A stretch of DNA of 64,000 nucleotides from Spirochaetota bacterium (GTDB lineage Bacteria; Spirochaetota; UBA4802; UBA5368). Shown here one piece after another: positions 56,376-64,000 of the stretch (position 1 is its first letter; each line of letters opens with the position of its first letter). A model generated the notes under the pieces. That model was not told the DNA's origin. It saw nothing but the letters and a program-made list of their open reading frames with translations, and did no database searches. The translations under genes were made by a program, and so were the position numbers. The stretch lies in assembly GCA_025457965.1 (NCBI GenBank), contig JALOTJ010000009.1:2961-66960 (forward strand). Reading direction: 5' to 3'.

Positions 56376-58451
56376 ATGCTTCAAAACGCAAACTTTCTCT
56401 GCGAAATAGGGACCGAGGAAATACCGGCAGCGTACCTGCCGCCCGCGATCGCCTTTAGTAAAAAGTTTTTCGGCGAAAGGCTGAAGAACGAGCGCATCGG
56501 GTTCGGGCAGATCGAGGTCTGGGCCACTCCGAGAAGGCTCGTCATAATCGCGTCGAACGTCTCCCCCGCCCAGAGCGAAGAGGAGGTCGAATTGAAGGGC
56601 CCGTCGGTAAAAGCGGCCTATGACGCGGAAGGCAAACCGACAAAGGCGCTCCAGGGATTTTTGAAAGGAAACTCAATCGAAGAGGGACAGGTGGTCAGCC
56701 GGTCGACCGAGAAAGGGGAATATCTTTTTGCGACAAAGGCCCTCGTTTCGAATAAAAGCGGGAAAATACTTCCCGGGATCATCGAGGACCTGGTTAAAAG
56801 TCTTCCTTTCCCGAAGAAAATGAGGTGGAGCGATTTGAAGCTTTCCTTTCCCCGGCCGATCGCGTATTTCTGCGTTTTGTTCAATGATGTCGTGGTGCCC
56901 TTCGAGTTGTCCGGCATCTCATCGTCCAACATGGTCCGAGGGCACTATATACGATATAACCAGATGCTTGAGGTCAAGAGCATCGCAGGCTACCAGGATA
57001 TTTTACGCGAGAACGGCGTCCTTGTTGACCATAACGAGCGACGGGATCTGATTCGGGGCGAGCTTGAAAAAACGGCAGGCTCCCTGGGCGGCGAGCTGGT
57101 CTTCGACGAAGAGCTGCTGGAAACGGTGACCTTTCTTGCCGAGAGCCCTTTTGTGCTGGTATGCGATTTCAGGCGCGAGTTTCTTTCCATTCCGGACATT
57201 GTGCTGATTACGGAGATGAAGGAGCATCAGAAGTATTTTGCGGTGCGGGGGGCCGACGGTGTTCTTCTGCCGAATTTCCTGGTTGTTTCGAATAACCCGC
57301 CTTCGGCGTATGTAAAGGCGGGAAACGAAAGGGTGATAACCGCACGATTCAACGACGCCCGTTTCTTTTTCGACGAGGACCGGAAATCGAAGCTGGCCGA
57401 CAAGGTGGACTCGCTGAAAAACGTGCTCTTCCACAAGGAACTCGGCAGCATTTACGATAAGGTGGAGCGCATGCGTTTCATCTCGGCACACCTGGCCGGC
57501 GTCCTCGGGCTGGACGCGGAAATAGCCCAAAGAATAGACCGCGCCGCGTATCTCTGCAAGGCCGACCTCAACACGGCGATGGTCTTCGAGTTTACGTCCC
57601 TTCAGGGGAAAATGGGGAGGATCTACGCGCTGCTCGATGGCGAGGATCAGGCGGTGGCCGATGCGATCGACGATCATTACCGGCCGCGCTCACAGGACGA
57701 TCCGATGCCGGAAGGGGTCGTGAGCAGGGTGTTATCGCTCGCCGAAAAGCTGGACAACCTTCTGGGCTCGTACTCGGTCGGGAACATCCCCAAGGGCTCT
57801 CAGGACCCGTATGCACTCCGCAGACAGGCGGGGGCCGTAGTGGAAATGGCGGTGGAAGGCGAAATGTCCATCGATATGCGGGCCCTGCTCGAGCACTGTG
57901 CGGTGAAATACCTCAACGGGGACGCGCTGATCAAGCCCATCCTGGCGTTCATTGGCGGGCGCGCGAACACGCTTTTCGCGGAAAAGGGATTCCGTTATGA
58001 TGTAATCGACGCGTGTCTTTCGATCGACTATCACAACTACCTTGAACAGTTCCGACGGGCGCACAGCCTGCACGAATTCAGGGGCAGGGAGGGCTTTTCG
58101 GAAATGCTCCTCTCGTTCAAGAGGATGAACAATATTGTCGCCGCGTTCCGGCAGAAGCAGCCCGATTACCGGCTTGTCTTCAAACCGGCACTTGTAGGCG
58201 AAGAGGCCGAGCGGGGGCTCTTCGAGTTTTTCAATTCGCGCGGCGATACGATAAGCGAGCTTATCCGGTCGGACAGCTACCGAGAGCTTTTCGGGCTTCT
58301 CATCGAAGGGAAGAGTGCAATCGACACCTTTTTCGACGAGGTGATGGTAATGTCCGATGATATTACGGTTCGCGATAACCGCCTTGCGCTGCTCGAAACT
58401 ATCCTCGAGCCGTTCAAAGGTTTGCTCGATTTTACCAAGATCTCCGAGTAG
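56376..58451 (+). CDS. glyS: glycine-tRNA ligase beta subunit
   Basis: MLQNANFLCEIGTEEIPAAYLPPA N-terminus, about 690 aa, GlyS-typical blocks throughout. Confidence 0.92.
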   Translation: MLQNANFLCEIGTEEIPAAYLPPAIAFSKKFFGERLKNERIGFGQIEVWATPRRLVIIASNVSPAQSEEEVELKGPSVKAAYDAEGKPTKALQGFLKGNSIEEGQVVSRSTEKGEYLFATKALVSNKSGKILPGIIEDLVKSLPFPKKMRWSDLKLSFPRPIAYFCVLFNDVVVPFELSGISSSNMVRGHYIRYNQMLEVKSIAGYQDILRENGVLVDHNERRDLIRGELEKTAGSLGGELVFDEELLETVTFLAESPFVLVCDFRREFLSIPDIVLITEMKEHQKYFAVRGADGVLLPNFLVVSNNPPSAYVKAGNERVITARFNDARFFFDEDRKSKLADKVDSLKNVLFHKELGSIYDKVERMRFISAHLAGVLGLDAEIAQRIDRAAYLCKADLNTAMVFEFTSLQGKMGRIYALLDGEDQAVADAIDDHYRPRSQDDPMPEGVVSRVLSLAEKLDNLLGSYSVGNIPKGSQDPYALRRQAGAVVEMAVEGEMSIDMRALLEHCAVKYLNGDALIKPILAFIGGRANTLFAEKGFRYDVIDACLSIDYHNYLEQFRRAHSLHEFRGREGFSEMLLSFKRMNNIVAAFRQKQPDYRLVFKPALVGEEAERGLFEFFNSRGDTISELIRSDSYRELFGLLIEGKSAIDTFFDEVMVMSDDITVRDNRLALLETILEPFKGLLDFTKISE

Positions 58452-58459
58452 GAGGAACG

Positions 58460-59125
58460 ATGAAACTCTGCGATGGCGTATATGCCTATATCTGGAGGGG
58501 CGTCTTCGAGAACAACTGCAACATGTACTATTTCGGCGAGCCGCTCAACCTGCTGTTCGACCCCGGCCTCGCCCGTCACCTCGATCTCAGATTTGAAAAT
58601 ATGCGCGCAGATGGATTGAACCCGGACGAAATTAAAAGCGTAATCGCGACGCATTCGCATCCGGACCACTTCGAGGGATGCGCCCATTTTATGAACGGGA
58701 AAGTTCCGGTCGGCATGCACAGGGACGAGATCGCCTTTCTGAACGAAGTTGGACCGCAATTTTTCCAGATGATGGGAATGAAGTTTCCGACTTTCTCGTT
58801 CGGCATGGAGCTTGAAGAGGGGCCGCTTGCCATAAACGGCGTGGAACTCGAGGTCTTTCTAACGCCGGGGCATTCTCCCGGATCGGTCTGTGTGTACTGG
58901 AAGGAGAAGAAGACGCTCGTCTGCGGCGATCTTATATTCAAAGAGAGCGTCGGGCGCACCGACTTCCCCGGCGGCGATCCGGCAAAGCTCCGGGAAAGTA
59001 TTGAGCGCATGGCGGAGCTCGATATTGAATACCTTCTGCCGGGCCACATGGACTACGTGAGCGGAGGGGCCCCGGTAAAGAAGAATTTCGACGTTATACG
59101 GCGCTATATATTTCCCATGCTTTAG
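58460..59125 (+). CDS. MBL-fold metallo-hydrolase (glyoxalase II-like)
   Basis: HxHxDH motif ATHSHPDHFEG. TPGHSPGS. GDLIF ... GRTDFPGGD. Confidence 0.88.
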   Translation: MKLCDGVYAYIWRGVFENNCNMYYFGEPLNLLFDPGLARHLDLRFENMRADGLNPDEIKSVIATHSHPDHFEGCAHFMNGKVPVGMHRDEIAFLNEVGPQFFQMMGMKFPTFSFGMELEEGPLAINGVELEVFLTPGHSPGSVCVYWKEKKTLVCGDLIFKESVGRTDFPGGDPAKLRESIERMAELDIEYLLPGHMDYVSGGAPVKKNFDVIRRYIFPML

Positions 59126-59134
59126 GCGCGCGCG

Positions 59135-60487
59135 TCACGGGAATACGGGCAGGCCGGCCGCACGGTTCTGCCTGCTCCAGAAATAACGGTAGCGGAACGG
59201 AATACTCTTCATGTTCGGAGCCGTCAGGAGCGCCGGGAGCCACGCCGCCGATTCTTCGTTGCCCCGCTCAAAACATTCCCGGGAAAACTCCGCCAGCTTC
59301 GGCCTCGCCGTCGCGGGCGATTTTTTGAAGGCCCGGTAAAGTTTTCCCTCGCGCTCGATAAAGCCCCGCTCCAGTTCATCGCGCCTGGGAGCGATATGTC
59401 CGCTCCAGAATGGATATCTGGTTAAGGCCTGCCGGTGCAGTATCTCGTGGCGCCACCAGAATATATCACTTGAGAAATGTTCCGGCGCCTCGGCATTTAG
59501 GAAATCGATGGAGCCCTGACCCAGGTAAAACGGTTTGAAAATTCCGGTGCAGGTCCCGGAGCTTCCCGTGGCCCAGTGTACGGGGAGATCGCTCCTGAGG
59601 TGCGACACGAGTGCCGAGGTGGATTGGCTGGCGCGCAGGGGGCCGAATGACGCGTGCATGCAAACGGTGCCCATGTCCGTGCCGTGTGGAGGAATTAGGT
59701 CCGTATCGCTGCCGTGATCGCGCAAAAGCGCCATCATAATAGCGGGGGTCAACTTTCCGCTGTGCCGGCGCAGCAGCTCCATGGTCCGCGACTGCCGCAC
59801 GCGGCACTTGCTGAAATGGGTGAAGAGGGTGTCTGAAAAAGCACGCCTGAATCCAAACGTCACGCCGCGTTTTATATAACCCTTTTTAAGGGCATAATCC
59901 TCAATACCCGGGGAGGACAGATCGTACTCCTCGTCTATGGTAAGCCCATTGGAGATGCTCTGTACTCCGCGCACCTTTTGCGCCGCCCAGTGCCTGCCTG
60001 CCGTCTCGAGGACCCATGCCTCCTTTTTATCCGCGATGATGAACGAGTTGTGGTAGTATAATTTGCCCTTATATCCGCAGTTTCCGCCCTGCCCGTAACG
60101 CCCGATGAGTTCCGTGATGAGTGCGAGCGCGTCCGAAGCTCTTGAAGTCCTTTCCACTGCAAGGCGCAGGAGGTCCATGCCGGTGAGCCCGGTTTTGGCG
60201 TATGGCTCCCTGGTAAAGACCGCCTCGTTTCCGATGCACAGGCCCGCCGCGTTCGCTCCCATCTCGCATCCCCACATCCATGCCGGGCGGGACAAAAGCG
60301 CCTCGGCGGTACGGGCGGCCTGGGGAATTTTCAAATAAGTGCATTGCAGATCACCCGGGTTCGCAAAGGAGCTTGCAGGTATATGGTGAAGGAGCTGTAC
60401 TTCATTGGGCTCGCGATCGCTGTTTTTGGCGAGGATGACGCTGCCGTCAACAGTTGCTTCGCGGGTTGCAACTACTGTATCGCACAT
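59135..60487 (-). CDS. secernin-like C69 family Ntn-hydrolase peptidase
   Basis: N-terminal MCDT (Cys nucleophile after Met). SRPAWMWGCEMGANAAGLCIGNEA, GMDLLRLAVER, GQGGN and EAWVLETAGRHWAAQKV parallel secernin/C69 blocks. Confidence 0.8.
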   Translation of the reverse strand: MCDTVVATREATVDGSVILAKNSDREPNEVQLLHHIPASSFANPGDLQCTYLKIPQAARTAEALLSRPAWMWGCEMGANAAGLCIGNEAVFTREPYAKTGLTGMDLLRLAVERTSRASDALALITELIGRYGQGGNCGYKGKLYYHNSFIIADKKEAWVLETAGRHWAAQKVRGVQSISNGLTIDEEYDLSSPGIEDYALKKGYIKRGVTFGFRRAFSDTLFTHFSKCRVRQSRTMELLRRHSGKLTPAIMMALLRDHGSDTDLIPPHGTDMGTVCMHASFGPLRASQSTSALVSHLRSDLPVHWATGSSGTCTGIFKPFYLGQGSIDFLNAEAPEHFSSDIFWWRHEILHRQALTRYPFWSGHIAPRRDELERGFIEREGKLYRAFKKSPATARPKLAEFSRECFERGNEESAAWLPALLTAPNMKSIPFRYRYFWSRQNRAAGLPVFP

Positions 60488-60734
60488 GGCCTTTTCTCCG
60501 AACGATAGATGATTCGATGGCTCGTATGATAAACTCGAAGGTGTTACTTTTCAAGAAAAATTGGCTGAATTCAATTTTTCGAGCGCGATTTCATAATGCA
60601 AATACACGATGATTTTGTGCTGAGTGAAGAACAAAGTTACGGCACGTGTTAGCTTTGCGGCAGGAATTTGGTGCGATTTTCCCTCCATAAATGCATATAC
60701 TTGGGGATATGGTTTACTACGGGCAAAATAGGGT

Positions 60735-60763
60735 TGACGCGTCAGTTGATGAGAATTCTCATC
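60735..60763. promoter_or_regulatory. two adjacent perfect palindromes (candidate operator) upstream of the acyltransferase-GT4 operon
   Basis: TGACGCGTCA (60735-60744) and GATGAGAATTCTCATC (60748-60763), about 85 nt upstream of ATG 60846. Confidence 0.35.
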
Positions 60764-60845
60764 TTTCAAATGCCGTGCCGAACGCAAACGCGATGCGGTC
60801 GGGTCATGCTGTACCAATTAATCTCGGGGGCGGGACTTCCAACTC

Positions 60846-61481
60846 ATGGACGAGTATCTTAAAACCTCGTGGTTTATCAGGGCCATCTTCATGGTGCGCA
60901 CCTTCGTGCGCTATCACCTGTTTTTTAAAAAGAAATTCGCACGGATGACCGATAACCCGTACGTGTGGGGTGTCTGGAACATTGAAGTCTTCGGACCCAA
61001 CATCAGTATAGGCAGGAACGTGGTGATGATCGGCGCGGAGTCGGCGCGTACGCGGCTAACCACGGTCAAGATGGGCGGTTACGAGGGCGCTATTGAGATC
61101 GGCGACAACGTTCTGGTGATGGCCGGTGTTCGCATATCGAGCGCATCCAGGATCGCGGTCGGGGATGATTGCATGCTCGCCAATTACTGTTATCTCACCG
61201 ACGCCGACTGGCACGGCATCCACGATCGTACACAGATCGTGGGGAATACGGCGCCGATCGTTCTCGAGAAGGGCGTATGGATCGGCGATTCGGCCATTGT
61301 CTGCAAGGGCGTCCGAATTGGTGAAAACTCGATCGTTGGCGCCGGGTCGGTTGTCAGGAAAAACGTTCCTTCGAATGTGGTGGTGGCCGGCAACCCGGCG
61401 CGGATAGTGCGAAAACTCGATCCGGACAGAGTCGTGACCATGGGCGCTTTGTATGAGAAAATGGGAGGGCCGCCGGTTTGA
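60846..61481 (+). CDS. hexapeptide-repeat (LbH) acyltransferase
   Basis: IGDNVLVMAGVRISSASRIAVGDDCMLA ... VWIGDSAIVCKGVRIGENSIVGAGSVV ... VAGNPARIV. Confidence 0.88.
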   Translation: MDEYLKTSWFIRAIFMVRTFVRYHLFFKKKFARMTDNPYVWGVWNIEVFGPNISIGRNVVMIGAESARTRLTTVKMGGYEGAIEIGDNVLVMAGVRISSASRIAVGDDCMLANYCYLTDADWHGIHDRTQIVGNTAPIVLEKGVWIGDSAIVCKGVRIGENSIVGAGSVVRKNVPSNVVVAGNPARIVRKLDPDRVVTMGALYEKMGGPPV

Positions 61482-62698
61482 AAATATGCATGCTGTGCTA
61501 CCGGGGCAACCCCTACAGCGGGGGGCAGGGCATCTACCTGAAGTACGTCGCCGAGGAGCTGGTTCGCCAGGGTCACGAGGTGCATGCCATAGTCGGGCCA
61601 CCCTATCCGTCCCTTATGGACGGCGTGAAGATGCACTACATTCATAATAACGAATATTATATCCGCAAGGGGCTAAACATACTTAAATCCGGGGCGCCTT
61701 TCGATATTCTACGACCCCTGAACTCGTACGAATACCTCAGCACCAGGATCGGAGCATTCTCCGAAATCAGCGCCTTCAGCTTCAGGGCCTTCATAAAAGT
61801 ACGTGAGCTGTTGAAAAAAACGCGTTTCGACGTCATACACGACAATCAGTGCATCGGCTATGGCCTGCTGCTTATGCGGAGCTTCGGCATACCGGTGGTG
61901 GCGACGATCCACCACCCGCTATCGGTCGACCTGGAAAACGTGATTGAACGGGCGTCGTCCTTTACAAACAAGATGAAGGGGGTGATGTTCTATCCCATCC
62001 TGATGCAGCAGATCGTTTCGAAGCGGCTGGACCACATAATTACGGTCTCCGAGGACTCGAAGCGTCGAATACACGCCGATTTCGGAGTGCCCCTGGGGAA
62101 CCAGACGGTGGTGTATAACGGGCTTGACGATTCGATATTCCGACCGATTCCCGGGATCGCAAAGAAAAAAGGAAAGATTGTATTCGTTGGGAACGTCGAG
62201 GACGGCAAAAAGGGATTCGTCTACCTTCTCAGGGCGCTTACCATGATAAAAAGCGATATGCGGCTTACCGTCGTCGACGGCGGCTCGCCGCACAGGAAGG
62301 TGACGGGCGCGTTGATCGACAGGCTGCGGCTGGGGGGGAGGATCGAGTTTACCGGAAAAACGGATACGAACGCGCTTGTCAGGCATTACTGTGAGTCCGA
62401 AATGGCGATCGTGCCGTCAGTATATGAAGGTTTCGGGTTTCCGGCCGCCGAGGCCATGGCGTGCGGCGTTCCGGTCGTAGCCAGCGATGGGGGGGCTCTT
62501 CCGGAAGTGGTAGGTAACGCCGGGGTGGTCGTACCGGCGCGCAACGAACGGGCACTTGCCGGGGCTATAGATGCGCTCTATGCGGATAAAGAAATGATGA
62601 CAGCGTTCGCCACCGAGGGTAAAAACAGGGTGCACAGGGAGTTCAACTGGACGCGCGCTGTTGAAAAAATGGTTGCGGTGTTTAGATCTTTCGGGTGA
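61478..62698 (+). CDS. GT4-family (GT-B fold) glycosyltransferase
   Basis: TTG start overlapping the upstream stop (TTGA). MKICMLCYRGNPYSGGQGIY N-terminus. EGFGFPAAEAMACGVPVVAS motif. Confidence 0.88.
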   Translation: MKICMLCYRGNPYSGGQGIYLKYVAEELVRQGHEVHAIVGPPYPSLMDGVKMHYIHNNEYYIRKGLNILKSGAPFDILRPLNSYEYLSTRIGAFSEISAFSFRAFIKVRELLKKTRFDVIHDNQCIGYGLLLMRSFGIPVVATIHHPLSVDLENVIERASSFTNKMKGVMFYPILMQQIVSKRLDHIITVSEDSKRRIHADFGVPLGNQTVVYNGLDDSIFRPIPGIAKKKGKIVFVGNVEDGKKGFVYLLRALTMIKSDMRLTVVDGGSPHRKVTGALIDRLRLGGRIEFTGKTDTNALVRHYCESEMAIVPSVYEGFGFPAAEAMACGVPVVASDGGALPEVVGNAGVVVPARNERALAGAIDALYADKEMMTAFATEGKNRVHREFNWTRAVEKMVAVFRSFG

Positions 62699-62703
62699 CG
62701 GGG

Positions 62704-63528
62704 TTACTGCATGTTCACGATCTTCGCGCCCTTGTCCAGGTTGATTTTAAGCATGGTGGCCGCGTCCATCCTTACGTCGTAGCGTATCTCCGAGAAGGTG
62801 AAGGACAGTCTGCCGCCGCTGTCGGGGGCAAGCATCCTGATTTTTCGGTAAAAGAGACCCGTTTTTTCCCGCTGCGGCTTTTCGAGATAGAACTCGGTTT
62901 TATTTCTGTTCGATTTGCGGATATAGAGTATCTTGTCCGGGAAATCGCCGCTGAAGCTGATGGTCTGGAAGTAATCCCGGTTTTCAAGCACCAGATAGCT
63001 CCGATTACTGTCGTTCTCCGCGATGAGTCCCTGTTTGATCGAATGCCCGTCGAGAACGGGAATCTGGCCGCTTGCAAAAGGATATAAAAGCGCGAAGTCG
63101 ATGTCGATCGTCGCGTAGTTTTTCAAGTTTATCGTCTCAATGCTGTCGAGATACAGCGTTTTTTCTGCGGGGAAATAGAACTTGAGCGTAGTACCGTCCT
63201 GGACAAGAATGGTGAGCGGACTTTTAAAGACAATGTCGAAAAATGTTAATCGAGCCATTCTGGGGCTTCGGTTGTACAGGGCTTCGCCGATGGAATTGAA
63301 TTTGCTCTTTCCGAAGACGCCTTCCACGGTGAACTGCGCCGAATAAGAATCGACCGCCTTTTTGTTGATCTCCTGGACAATGGCGAGCAGGCGGCGGGAG
63401 CGTTCGATATCGGAAGCGGTAACGCGTTTTTCCTGACCGGCCGGCGCGCTCGCGCATGCGGCCATTGATGCCATGGCAATCATGACGGCACAGATAGATA
63501 TCGAGCGTATATAATTGTCCCTGATCAT
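62704..63528 (-). CDS. lipoprotein (LolA/LolB-like, DUF4292-like; functional call tentative)
   Basis: Lipobox-like AMASMAAC. Protein-like sequence across the whole length, including the part overlapped by the upstream ORF. Confidence 0.7.
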   Translation of the reverse strand: MIRDNYIRSISICAVMIAMASMAACASAPAGQEKRVTASDIERSRRLLAIVQEINKKAVDSYSAQFTVEGVFGKSKFNSIGEALYNRSPRMARLTFFDIVFKSPLTILVQDGTTLKFYFPAEKTLYLDSIETINLKNYATIDIDFALLYPFASGQIPVLDGHSIKQGLIAENDSNRSYLVLENRDYFQTISFSGDFPDKILYIRKSNRNKTEFYLEKPQREKTGLFYRKIRMLAPDSGGRLSFTFSEIRYDVRMDAATMLKINLDKGAKIVNMQ

Positions 63529-64000
63529 TTTCGTGGAAACCGGCCTGGTGATCTTGAAGACGCGATTTCGCTTCCTTCAGTTTTTTCTCCACGATTGGAT
63601 CCTTCTTCATTTTCAGGGACTTGTCCCAGTATTCGACCGCTTTCATGACCTTTCCCATCTGGATGTAGGTGTCACCGATATGGTCGTACACGACCGGGTC
63701 GGGACTTTTCTCGCGGGCGAGCTCTTTTTCCGCCTCGAGCAGGTTCTTAAGCGCGAGATCGAACTGGCTCTTTCGGAAATAGGCCCATCCGAGGGAGTCG
63801 AGATATGCCCCGTTGGATGGTTCGTATTCAAGCGCCTTTTTAATAAGGTCGATTGATTCGTCAAGATTCATGTTGTTGTCGGCGTAAAGGTAGCCGAGAA
63901 AGTTATAGGCGCGGGCGCTTTTCGGGTTGTATTTAATTGATTTCTTCAATGCCTCGATGGTGTCCCCGATCCTGCTCTGCTTCTCGAGCACGGTCGCGAG
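63224..64000 (-). CDS. TPR-repeat protein, partial (5' end beyond window); true 3' end probably near 63525
   Basis: TPR units ARAYNFLGYLYADNN, GAYLDSLGWAYFRKSQFDLALKNL, DHIGDTYIQMGKVMKAVEYW. The frame is open to the window edge. The last roughly 100 codons overlap the next gene and look like off-frame Arg-rich sequence. Confidence 0.7.
   Translation of the reverse strand, partial: LATVLEKQSRIGDTIEALKKSIKYNPKSARAYNFLGYLYADNNMNLDESIDLIKKALEYEPSNGAYLDSLGWAYFRKSQFDLALKNLLEAEKELAREKSPDPVVYDHIGDTYIQMGKVMKAVEYWDKSLKMKKDPIVEKKLKEAKSRLQDHQAGFHENDQGQLYTLDIYLCRHDCHGINGRMRERAGRSGKTRYRFRYRTLPPPARHCPGDQQKGGRFLFGAVHRGRRLRKEQIQFHRRSPVQPKPQNGSINIFRHCL

Noticed and set aside
60551-60817. 88-aa minus-strand ORF in the divergent region before the acyltransferase
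   Set aside because: It lies in likely promoter DNA, has no SD or motifs, and its composition is not protein-like.
1-64000. Scan for tRNA, rRNA, CRISPR arrays, transposases/integrases and toxin-antitoxin or known defence genes
   Set aside because: None was recognised by eye. The intergenic spaces are short and were inspected individually. A tRNAscan/Infernal run would be needed to exclude small RNAs formally.

Overview
Visibly GC-rich bacterial chromosome segment (GC not computed; phylum not assignable from this window), densely coding with about 58 CDS. No rRNA, tRNA, CRISPR array, transposase, integrase or phage gene was recognised. Left and middle (1-44.8 kb): accessory-looking metabolism, transport and envelope genes. 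These include a secreted alanine-racemase homologue, Tat-exported amidohydrolase and sulfatase, an AEC permease, a penicillin/AHL-acylase-family Ntn hydrolase, an OMP, an OPA-type MFS plus HAD phosphatase, an SDR-TPP enzyme-SDR cluster, an MCP, TetR-TldD-PmbA, flavin oxidoreductases, mgsA, acyl-CoA ligase/thioesterase, an SSS symporter, a TPR protein and an APC permease plus a PLP deaminase-family enzyme. Right (45-59 kb): the conserved rimP-nusA-infB-rbfA-truB-rpsO-pnp block, then an M16 peptidase, bactofilin plus LysM/M23 peptidase, glyS and an MBL hydrolase. It ends with a secernin-like C69 peptidase, an acyltransferase-GT4 pair, a lipoprotein and a partial TPR gene. I found no clear new defence or mobile system. 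The best leads are: (1) at 1.7-5.6 kb, two related intergenic repeat families carrying terminator-like and promoter-like signals that bracket consecutive minus-strand genes and abut two gene remnants; (2) a translationally coupled trio at 12.8-14.6 kb (polytopic membrane protein, 67-aa 5xCxxC mini-protein, AlkD-like HEAT-repeat protein); (3) a structured leader with alternating heptamer repeats and an 11-codon mini-ORF upstream of the SSS symporter. All family calls come from motif recognition by eye, with no database search.
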